Source: Octopus vulgaris (taxonomy: Eukaryota). Taken from it: a DNA stretch of 64,000 bases. The stretch covers positions 99,572,001-99,636,000 of the forward strand of contig OX597822.1 of the NCBI GenBank assembly GCA_951406725.2, written 5' to 3'. Of the stretch, positions 52,832-64,000 are shown piece by piece. The translations under genes and the position numbers were made by a program. Position 1 is the first letter of the stretch, and each line of letters begins with the position of its first letter. The notes below the pieces were generated by a model. The model did no database searches. It was not told the origin of the DNA and saw nothing but the letters and a program-made list of their open reading frames with translations.

Positions 52832-53292
52832 TATACTTTGATGTGCTGCTTCTTACTGCAGCAATGCCAGTATGGAAAACAGGCATTAACTGATGATGAT
52901 GATGATTAATGCATGTTGAACTGATCAGCAGAAATTTGTAAAGTCTTACATCAAGAAATAGAAAGGAGAAACTAACCATAAAAATTTCTTATTATGAAGA
53001 AATATATCATTTAAAAAAAAATCTTGAAGTTATATCATCATTGTTTTTAATATCTATTTTCCCATAACAACATGGGCTACAATACTGAATATCCTTCCAT
53101 GCCACAATCCTGTGTAATCTCTGTGAGGTAAATAAGATTTGATGTAATTACTTTATTCTAAATCCTCTTAGGCCTGATTCTACATTTGGTAATTCCTACT
53201 ACTAACATTCCAGTCAATGCATTTTTTTTATGCCATGTGATTTCAAAGACATAGTCAAAAGTTTATTTAAATACTAATATGTGTGTCTATAT

Positions 53293-53620
53293 AGGTGCAG
53301 GCATCGCTATGTGGTAAGAAGCTTGCTTCCCAAACACATGGTTTCAGGTTCAGTCCCACAGTATGGCACCTTGGGCAAACATCTGCTATAGCCTCAGGGT
53401 AACCAAAGCCTCGTGAGTGGGTTTGGTAGATAGAAACTGAAAGAAGCCTGTTGTGTGTTTGTCCCCTGCCACCACCACTTGACAACCGGTGTTGGTGTGT
53501 TTACACCCCCATAACTTAGCTGTTCCACAAAATCTATTACTTAGAATAAATACCATGTATATTTGACTAAAAATTCTTCGATGTGGTGCCCCAACATGGC
53601 TGAAACCAGTGAAAAATAAA
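53293..53620 (+). mobile_element. SINE family A (older)
   Basis: Diverged family A copy. Confidence 0.85.
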
Positions 53621-54169
53621 AGAAAGAACTAGATGTTCAACCATTACTAAATAGGATCACAGAATAAGAGAACACTGTACTCCAGCTCTCTTCTGTACAA
53701 CTGCTAAATAGGAAATATTAAAAACAGCAATCAAAATACAATGTTCACAATGCCTAAAGCCTTAACCTTTTTGATACCAACCCATCTAAGACTGCCCCTT
53801 TTCTGACAAAATCATGTCAAATGTACATTCCAAAACACCAGCTTAATAATATTAGATTTATTTTACTAAATACTTCATTATTTTCAAAATTAATTGCCTC
53901 AAAGGCAGTGCTGTTTCCACAGAAATATTGTTACAAAAGGGATAAACATGGATTGTTGTAGTTATTCAGCAATATTGGTCAATGCAAATGGAATAGTTTT
54001 AAAGATAGCACCATAAAAAAAAAGACTAAATGAAATAAAGCACTACTCATATCAGGATCCCCCACACACCACGTGTCACTTGGAGCCTACAAGGTCACAA
54101 GTCCTGATGATGTCCCATTACTTAAAAACAATGCACCATAAAGCTAGTCCCTGTACCTCCCAATCTCAC

Positions 54170-54268
54170 ACCACTTTGCCCAGTTCTTCCTCTATGTGTC
54201 CCTTTCCTCCTCAGAATCTCCGAATGTAATCGCTTTGTCATTTCCTCTCTGCAGGCGTCGACCTGCAG
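54170..54268 (-). other. Candidate 99-nt exon (unverified; an alternative plus-strand reading exists)
   Basis: GC- and CpG-rich unique patch. Acceptor cctccctcttcatcAG, donor GTGAGA, open frame LQVDACREEMTKRLHSEILRRKGTHRGRTGQSG. Confidence 0.3.
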
Positions 54269-54362
54269 CTGATGAAGAGGGAGGATTAACACGGTCAAAA
54301 TTAACGCCAAATCATTGAAAGAACACACAAAAAAAAAGAAATAATAAATAATAAAAAAGAAA

Positions 54363-54750
54363 CGCAGGAGTGGCTGTGTGGTAAGTAGCTTGCTAACCAA
54401 CCACATGGTTCCGGGTTCAGTCCCACTGAGTGGCATCTTGGGCAAGTGTCTTCTGCTATAGCCCCGGGCCGACCAATGCCTTGTGAGTGGATTTGGTAGA
54501 CGGAAACTGAAAGAAGCCTGTCGTATATATGTATATATATATATATGTGTGTGTGTGTTTGTGTGTCTGTGTTTGTCCCCCTAGCATCGCTTGACAACCG
54601 ATGCTGGTGTGTTTACGTCCCCGTCACTTAGCGGTTCGGCAAAAAAGAGACCGATAGAATAAGTACTGGGCTTACAAAGAATAAGTCCCGGGGTCGAGTT
54701 GCTCGATTAAAGGCGGTGCTCCAGCATGGCCGCAGTCAAATGACTGAAAC
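54363..54750 (+). mobile_element. SINE family A (young)
   Basis: Consensus-like with intact CpGs. Confidence 0.92.
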
Positions 54751-56194
54751 ACTCTGACATTGTAAACATGCTTAATGAAAATGACGGGCTTAAGATGTTC
54801 GAAAAGAAATGACTATAGTTAACAGAGGATTTCCTTCTGTATCTAAATAGATTAGCTAATAAGTGAGGAATTAATACAATAACAGAATCACCAGAAAATG
54901 CTAAACTAACGAGAGATGGAAGCACTCATTTATATCAGCTTGTTGAGTCACACGCTCAAACGTTGTTATGAAGCCATAGGCACAAAAAAAAAAAAAGGCA
55001 AGTCCTAAAAATACATGGAGAAAATCAATATTTAAGAACACAGCATATACTCTTGGGATGAGATTTACTAGAAATAGACATAACATGGATGTTGAATTCT
55101 TATCGTTATCCTACAGACTATTGGAAGAAATGCTGATAAACGATCTACAAATTGATCCGCCTTATGGTAATGTAGTGATATAATAATAAAAAGGGACAGC
55201 ATGATCAATTAATATAATGTACAGCTGGAGGAGAGAAAACTTGCTTGAGGCGGAATTATACACTGTGGCATCAAAAGAAGAAGAAAAAATTAAGACCCTT
55301 CACTTTATATATTGTGTGCGCGTGTGTGTGTAACTCCTTTACAACGTCCCCGAACAGCCACTTGTGGGGGGTATTTAATGCAGGCTATATTCACAAGATC
55401 AAAACTTATAACTGTTTAACATACAAGTGCTAGGCTCGCACAAGACCCTTTTGTTTGTTGATCGTTATAGAAATTATTAATCGTTAGAAATATATTCATT
55501 ATTCAATACAGTCTTAGCAAGCCAGACGGGGTTGTTCGAATATCTAAATTATTCTATCCAACAGTTTGGTGAAGAAATGATCTTTGATTTTGAATACCAA
55601 TTAGTGAACGAAATCTACAGAAAGTTCCAATACAACGCAGTTTTTCCCGTTTTTTTCTTTTCTTAGCCAAACATTGCCTGAATAGACAAGTTTTGAAACT
55701 AAATAATAAGCAATGAAGGATAGGGAAAGGTTTATTGCATTAAGCAACGGAGCATTTCAAATAAGAAAACAGAAATTATATTCTTGTTAACATTAGAATA
55801 CACAATACAAAAAAAAAAAAAAAGAAAAAAAAATGAATTAGAAATATATATAAAAAATTTAAAAAAATAATGGGTAAAAGAAAAGTCAACATTGATAAAT
55901 TTATGAAACTTTTTCTTTTTCTCTTTCTTGAAATTATTCAAAATAATATAAATTCACGAGGAAGAGAAATATATTTTCAAAATACGCGAAAAATCGATTT
56001 ATGTATGTATGTAACTATATTATGAGAAGTGATATTGAAAAATGCTTCATAAAAGTGAAATAGAGATTTTTTTTTAATACTTTTTGAAGTAGAACCAGTT
56101 ATATAATTCTTCAATAGGGCCATTGAATTTATCTAGTAAACACAATATCAGCTGAACTTTGGAGGAGTTGTCCACTTGAGATAAATTTTATATA

Positions 56195-56238
<44 letters not shown>

Positions 56239-56864
56239 GAATATCTTGCCTCAGTTCCATAAATGACATCACTACAGAAAAGAAAAAGCGTGCTGCTGCG
56301 ATTGCTAACGTAAAATACCCTGGGTACATAAAGAAAAAGATCAAGTGAAGATGTTAATGCCAAAGGTAAATAAATTTTAGAAGGAAGTTACAAAAGCTTT
56401 CATAATAGTTAAAATTAAAATAGAGATACAAAGTTTGATAAAAATGTAGTATTAATAATAATAATACGATGGGCTTAAAAGTAATTCAATTTTAGAAGAC
56501 ATGAAATTAAATCAACGAAACGTTGACATCAACATACGGAGATTTGCATCATATTTTATCAGCACACATGTGTTCTTCTCAGCCTCGAGGGCACCTGGGT
56601 TGATTGTGGTTGGTATTGTATTGAAATTACAATGACGACTACAACAACTACTAGTAGTAGTAGCAGCAGTAGTAGTCGTGATAACAATACAAGTAGTAGT
56701 AGTAATCAGTTTCAATTCCCAGTTGAAATGACTTAGCTCATAGCCACATGTATTTCCGGAAGGAAAAAAAAGGTGCTTCATAAACACAGCCTCGTGGAGA
56801 AATAATGACAGTTACAATAATAATAATTATTATTATTGTTGTTGTTGTTGTTCGGTATATTTTT

Positions 56865-57270
56865 AATGTATGGAGATGAATGACTCTCGCAAAAGACAAA
56901 TTCTGGCTCTTTATATTCTGAATTCAAATGTTGTCAAAGTCTACTTGTGCCTTTCATCCCTTCCGGGGTCGATGAAATAAGTAGCAGTTGAACACTCGAG
57001 TTGATGTAATCGACTCACCCCCAACCCACCAAAATTTCAGATTTTATACCCCGATAATAGAAAGGATTATTATTAGTTGCAGAAATGCTAGTGCACCAAG
57101 CTGGCAGAATCGTTACAGCACCGAGCAAAAGCTTAGCGGTATTCTGGCTCTTTACGTTCTGAGTTCAAATTCCGCCTAAGTCGACTTTGCCTTTCACCTT
57201 TTCGGAGTCGATAAAATTAAAAAAGTTAATGTGATCAGCTTACTCCCTTCCCTAAAACTGCTGAGCTTCT
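56865..57270 (+). mobile_element. Two old SINE B copies
   Basis: gcctttcatcc...gtcgat core seen twice. Confidence 0.75.
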
Positions 57271-59029
57271 ACTAAAATTTGAAACCATTATTGGTTGCAA
57301 AGAAAGTTTATTATTTAAGTATAAAAATCGCAAATGTATTGCGCTGGAGACCAATAAAAAGATATTTGTTTGGCAGGTGCGAAAGATTTTTTTTTCTCCC
57401 CCTTTTTTTTTAAGACTGCATGTAACTGATGATCTTAACACCAGCTAATAAGCTTATTTTTGATTAGACAAGACACAAATTTAAGCAAACAGATGACAAA
57501 AAAAAAAATAGGATGTTATGATGTCCATACGTAATTCTGTGGGGATTAGTAGTGTAAAGAAGAAAAAACATGCTACTAATTAAAACAAGGTCGCTGTCTC
57601 TATTCCAAATACTTTAGTTTATTTTAAGTAGGGACGAAGGCCCTAAGTACTCGATGAAAGGAAATGGTCGGTTGAATCGATCAAAGTGAATATCTGATAC
57701 AAATTTATCAACCCTGAAATTAATTTGAATTCAGAATAACGAGAACAATAAACAGCCTTGGTTTTCTTTATTGTTTCTCCCACTTCACTGACCTTGAATT
57801 TGCGAGGCCACGAAACAGCTTCTACGTGATCGCTAGACCTGCTAGAAACAACAATGGGATTCCCCTCAAAAGGACGAACACATTGGCTAAATGAAATAAT
57901 TGAAACCAAAGGAAAGAACGGGTCATGATGGCTGGAGTACCGCTGAACACCCGTCTTTTCAGTTAGTGCTAATCTGGTGCTAGTATCAACTTCATTGATT
58001 AGGGATGGCTTGAGTCTAAAGCTAATCAACACACCGAAAATTAAAATACACAGAATTATATCGAGAATATAATGATTAAAAGCTTTTTTTTTTTTTTTTA
58101 AATGTGTATTCGATGTCCCATCAATTATCGTCACGGTTAAAATTGAAAACAAAAATTGTCCAACACAAATGATCAGCCACCAAGGTCAATATTTGAACCT
58201 CCCACTGAACAAAAAACAAATCAGACCAACAATATAAAAAGTAAGCCGGATATAATCCATTTCGAATAAATTAAGCTAATTTATATACCTGATTATTATT
58301 ATTACTATTGACAGGTGGGGTATGTATACTGCGGCCTCAAAGATGGCATACTTCGAAATGAACAGTCCCTCACATGTACTTTCGTGTAATAAGCGAACTT
58401 GGGAAACCTGAGGCTGAGTATATAACATTTAAAGCATTAAGAACCGCATTATCATTTTTTATAAATCCGACGCATCTGGAGATTGATTTAAATTATAATA
58501 TAAATGTTCTTAACCATGTACGACATTACATTTACCTGCCCTAATAAAATACTTTAATCTTCTATTCACATGTTAATGTTTAGACCTAGATAAGGGTTAA
58601 CCTGTTAGTTTTCTCCTTTGTCACGGACCCATGGCCATAAATGTTTTATTCTCGATTTTTATCTGCTTATATATTGTAAATTTACTGTAATGCTGTGGTC
58701 CGATCACACTACTTTATTTGTACTTTAATTTATCAACTAATTTCATCTTAAGTGTGATTGCAACACAACATACGTATAGAGTCATGATTAAATAGAGCAA
58801 GGCATTTTAGCCTTCACTTAGACAACGATTTTTGCTAACTCAGAACTTATTATTATCATTTATATATGTAATTTAGATTCATTGAATGCAGGATGAAAAT
58901 TTAAGTAGCAACCTTAAATAATATGGCAATATCAACTAAAACCAGAACTTTAACCATATTACATACACTCAACACAAAAAAAACATAAATAATCTGTGTA
59001 CATATTTTTCCAATAAAATAAATGTCTCT

Positions 59030-60171
59030 CCAAAGGTAGCAACGAGCTGCATAGATAATAATTTCAAATGACCGTATTTGTAATGTCAAATTCCGCCGAG
59101 GTCGACTTTGCCTTTCATCCTTTCGGGGTCGATTAAATAAGTACCAGTTACGCACTGGGGTCGATATAATCGACTTAATCTGTTTGTCTGTCCTCTCTGT
59201 GTTTAGCCCCTTGTGGGTAGTAAAGAAATACGTATTTGTAATAGCCCTAACGACAATCGCAATTAAACTGCTCTAAATTTAGGCGCAAGACCAACAACCA
59301 TGAGGAAAGACAATTAGTTGACGCCACCGTCCGCAGTACTTTGAACTCAGAACATAAAGAAATACTGCAAGACTCCCTAACAATTTTACAAATTCACTAC
59401 TCTGTATAACAATTTTTAATTTCGGCACAAGTGTAAAATCGTGTTATGGTTCACAGCACAGCCCTTCCACAATTAGTTTTAGTGTAAGAAAACCTACAAG
59501 TGTCTGTGAGTGGATGGGGGTCTGTCAATGTATATTTCTTTATTGCCCACAAGGGGCTAAACATAGACGGGACAAACAAGGACAGACAAAGGGATTAAGT
59601 CGATTACATCGACCTCAGTGCGAAACTGGTACTTTATTTATCGACCCCGAAAGGATGAAAGGCAAAGTCGACCTACTATATGTTATCGCTCCTGAAAGGA
59701 ATATGAATTCAGAACGTAAATAGTCGGAGGGAATTACTTTCTAATGATTCTGTCAATCCACACCCACCTACCTATATAATAATAGTGTAATTGAGGCACA
59801 AAGCTAGTAATTTTTAAGGAAATGGGGTTAGTCGATTCCATAGACCTCGGCACCTTACAACTACTTTGTCTTATCAATCGGAGGGATGAAATGAAAGTTG
59901 ATCTCAGCCTGATTCGAACTCACAACGCAAACAGGTATTGTCTGTTGTTTAAGGCGGCGAGCTGGCAGAAACGTTAGCACGCCGGGCGAAATGCTTAGCG
60001 GTCTGCCATTACGCTGTGAGTTCAAATTCCGCCGAGGTCGACTTTGCCTTTCATCCTTTCGGGGTCGATAAATTAAGTACCAGTTATGCACTGGGGTTGA
60101 TGTAATCGTCTCAATACCTTTGTCTGTCCTTGTTTGTCCCCTCTGTGTTTAGCTCCTTGTGGGTAATAAAG
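59030..60171. mobile_element. Cluster of SINE B copies in both orientations
   Basis: Copies at about 59084-59230 (+, TSD cgtatttgtaat), 59530-59720 (-), 59790-59928 (-, old) and 59950-60171 (+, 19-bp TSD aaacaggtattgtctgttg). Confidence 0.88.
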
Positions 60172-62489
60172 AAACAGGTATTGTCTGTTGCATTAACAAT
60201 GTAATGTGAACACCGTCTCTGTATATGAGAGGTGGAACAGTTTCAGATTTTTAGGATTTCAATGTCTAACTTTGACGGTGAGGATGGCATTCACCAGCCA
60301 CTGACCACTTTCCTACTTGGCTACGTGAAAAGGAATCAGTCAAACTAGCCATCGCTTCCTTTCCCACAACATTTGGTTTTGGATTTTTCCAATTCACTTC
60401 TCCATATTGTTCTTTCTGTGCTTTGTCCCTTAGATTTTGCGGTTCTAAAACCAAATGGATCCAATATCAAACAGAATTAAATGACTGGATAATTTTTTTA
60501 GATCGTAGAAATATACTGTAGAGAAAGATTACATGACATCTTTTGTAATCCTTACAGGGTTTTATAGCTTCGATACTGAAACAAATTACAACTACATTCC
60601 ATAAGAATTAATATTATATTTTGGTGGTATAAAATATTCAGTGTCACCATTTTTCTGGTAAAAAGGAATTCATCAAAAAGAAAAATAGCCGGATGGGCTA
60701 TGTCTAAGTGTAAAATAATGTTACGGTTCATAGCACAGCCCTTCCTATATTAGTTTTAGTGTAAGAAAACCTACAAGTGTCTGGCCGTGATCGAATGAAA
60801 ACTTGTAAAAGAGGCACAGGGGAACTTTACACAGGCAAAATTGCAGTAATTATTAAAATAAATAATTAATTAAAATTTAAAATACTTTATCAGGAGGTGA
60901 TACGACTGACTTTTGGCGGTGCCAGCGTTTTTTGTCCGAACCATTTTATTAATTACCAGGAATATTGCTAACTCTTGATTAAACTATTATTTAAACTACA
61001 TATTTTTAAAAAGATTCCTTTATTTACAACATTATTTAATTTAAGGATTCACGCGAAAATCTTTTTGAATTAGTACTTGAATTTCTAAAGTTTAAAAGAA
61101 CGAATTTTGAAGAAAAAAAAATGTCAATAAATAACGAAACAGTAACTTTATATTGCCAATAAGAAATAATAAAAAAAAAAATTGAGGTTCAGTGGTGCAA
61201 CAATATAAAAGTCAACTAAAAACTCTTCGTAACATTGGAAAAAAATCTCATCAAAATACATTTCATAAAATGAAAGTTATTTTGTTATGCAACAGTAAAT
61301 AGGATCGTTCGAAAATAAAGACAAATACTTTCGATTAAATGGAAATAAAAGCAACAAATGATTGTACCTCTAAGAATCGAGACTGGAAACTCGTCGTTGA
61401 TATTGTTTCCATTCTTAATGATGATCAGATTAAAAATTAAAGTTTGGTTCTGTTAACTTGATCAATAAATGGCGCTGGTCCAAAAGTCGTACTCGGCTTA
61501 AAAAGTTTCTCCGTTTCACCGAGACTATTCCAGTTTTTATATTTCCCTTTCACTTTTTTTATTATGCTAGCGAAAAAGTCTTTATGAGGGCATTCGATGT
61601 ACTAGAAATAGCAGCGAAATTGACCCCAAATCATACCATACATTAGATACATACATCATCTGTATGGCATGATATATCTGCTCTTCTCAGAGTTGAACAA
61701 GAACAACACAAACAAAAAGAAACAATTTTCAGGTAACAAATGCTTAAAGATCACGACATTTATCTAACCTCCTCCACTTTTTTATTTTTTAAATTCCAAA
61801 TCAGATGAAATTTATAAAAAAAAAGAGAGAAAAAAAAGTGGGGGGCGAATGCCAAAAATAACTATGTCTATCAGCTCACGGAAACTCGACAAATAGCCCT
61901 CAAATAAGATTACAGTTTGCTCCATTTTTGCCTTTAAAACAAGCATACCCCTTGCTAAGGGGGTGCACCCGGCGGCATTGTCCCTTCACTATTCAATGGT
62001 GAACCCTCAGATTTACAGTGATACACTTACTTATTTCGAAACTACACTTTTGCATTATTACAAATTACTGCCCACCTACAATATTCTGAAGCACCCCCAG
62101 GCACCAAAGTCTGGCGACAAGGTTTTAAAATTATTTCCGTAATCTGTTTCGATATTTCTTATGTCTAAAAGTTATTTCGCTAGCTTATTCATTTATATCT
62201 TTCTTATAGGAGACTTTAAGTGATGTAGTAAGCGCTATAGTCTGTTGTTACCTTAAAACAGTTCTCAAAATATTTTAAAACTATCACCCACCGTTATTTT
62301 CTAGCACGCTTTCAACGCCCACTTACTACGATTCAATAAAATTCAATACACAATGAGAAAAAAAAAATCACTGCCCGTAGGAAGATGGTTTCCATTAAAA
62401 TACTACATGCACATGGATCATGTAGTCTTTCCCTTCGGCTAGTCTTTTAATACGAAATGTCAAAGCAACATTTCAACTAACAATATTCT

Positions 62490-63480
62490 TCCTACAACAG
62501 GCCTAAGACCTGAAATTTTGAGGAAGAAGGCAAGTCGATTACATCAACTCCAGTGCTCGGATCTTTTCCTTTTGAACGGCAGTTTTCAACACAATTTCTA
62601 GTTAACTAAACACTTTTAAACTTCAGCCCTAACCCAGTGCTCAACCGATACTTATTTTATCGACCTCGAAAGGTTGAAAGACAAACCCGACCTCGGCAGC
62701 ATTTAAACTCAGGACTTAAAGCCGTAAGTAATGCGGCCAAGTACACAGTCCGATATGCTCGCAGTCCTTCAACCACTAATATTTATTTCTTTACTACCCA
62801 CAAGGGGCTAAACATAGAGGGGACAAACTAGGACAGACAAACGGAATAAGTCGATTACATTGACCCAGTAATGTAATAGATTTATTCCGTTTATTTATCG
62901 ACCCCGAAAGGATGAAAGGCAAAGTCTACCTCGGCGGAATTTGAACTCAGAACGTAACGACAGACGAAATGCCTATTTCTTTACAACCCACAAGAGGCTA
63001 AACACAGTGAGGACAGACAAACGGATTAAGTCGATTATATCGACACCAGTGCGTGCGGTCGATGTAATCGACTTAATACCTATGTCTGTCTTTGTTTGTC
63101 CCCTCTCTGTGGGTAATAAAGAAATAGGTACTTAATTTATCGACCCCGAAAGGATGAAAGGCAAAATCGACCTCGGCGGGATTTGAACTCAGACGAAATA
63201 CGGCTACGCATTTCGCCCGGCGTGCTAACGGTTCTGCCAGCTCGCCGCCTTCCTTCAGCCACTAATATTACCAGATGATAAGGTGGCGGCGAACTCGCAG
63301 AATTGTTTGCACGGTGGACGAAATGCTTAGCGATATTTCGTCCGTCTTTACGTTTGAAGTTCAAATTCATCCAAAGTCAACTTTTCCTATCATCCTTTCG
63401 GGGTCAATAAAATATGTAGCAGTTGAACACTGGGATCGATGCAATCGACTTATTCCCCCTCCTTGAAATTGCTGATCTAC
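62490..63480. mobile_element. Nested SINE B cluster containing a one-ended Merlin-like fragment (62559-62634)
   Basis: At least five SINE B segments. ggatcttttcc...cacttttaaacttc matches the left end of 52385-52783. Confidence 0.85.
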
Positions 63481-64000
63481 CAAAATTTGTAATCAAGATG
63501 TACACAAATTTGTACACAAGATTTTTTTTTTTTAACTAAGGCAATTTAAAAATGCATTCATTGTCTCACTTCCTTTGTCCTCAATATCCATATGAAATTT
63601 CCCACGAAACCCTCTAGACGGGAATGGGAAAATACTCCTTACTTTGAGAAGCACTGCTTTAAAATCTTAATATAAAAACGCGAAATCAGGTATCATTTTC
63701 TTTCTCTGCCCAGCTGGAAAGAGCAAACTGTAGCAGTGTTGGAAGCAGGAAGGGCAAGAAAAAGAAATTATTATATGGCGTGGTAGATGAGAATGCCATG
63801 GTGATAGTAACCAGCTTGTGAGACAGGCAATCATGAGAGCAGAGAGATAAACATAGGAAGGGATAGGAGGGATAGATAGGGAACGAGATAGAGCGAGTAA
63901 GGGAAAAGAGGAAAGAATATGGTTAAAGCTTTAAAGTAATAGTGCTGTTTTACCCCCCATATTCCGAGGTAATCGTTATCTCGAAGTTCTAGAAAATCCC

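Noticed and set aside
54249-54268. PstI-SalI-PstI cluster suggesting vector contamination
   Set aside because: No other polylinker sites or vector sequence are adjacent.
55270-55315. Minus-strand TATATAAAG followed by a pyrimidine tract as a core promoter
   Set aside because: The position is plausible, but the motif is too common in AT-rich DNA to call without TSS data.
57643-58152. Longest ORF in the window (169 aa, minus strand)
   Set aside because: It starts at a non-ATG codon, has a poly-K run from a homopolymer and shows no recognisable domain.

Overview
This is AT-rich, repeat-dense eukaryotic DNA, almost certainly from an octopus, judged from my recognition of its SINE families; the species cannot be fixed. 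There is no intact protein-coding gene, rRNA, true tRNA or CRISPR array, and almost all ORF-track entries are SINE read-through or chance frames. The window looks like a very large intron, probably of a minus-strand gene, because the plus strand is A-rich and the best splice signals are on the minus strand. DNA before about 54 kb appears CpG-depleted and DNA after it retains CpG. Recognisable content: four SINE families in dozens of copies; an internally deleted piggyBac plus its MITEs; a Helentron derivative with an endonuclease pseudogene; two non-autonomous Helitrons; R4/Dong-type LINE fragments; mariner relics; a Merlin-like MITE; and Penelope-like foldbacks with degenerate hammerhead cores. 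The best leads are a candidate recursive splice site or microexon at 17373-17398, the CpG boundary, several local templated duplications, and microhomology-primed SINE insertion. I found no convincing wholly new biological system. Repeat boundaries without a stated target-site duplication (TSD) are approximate.
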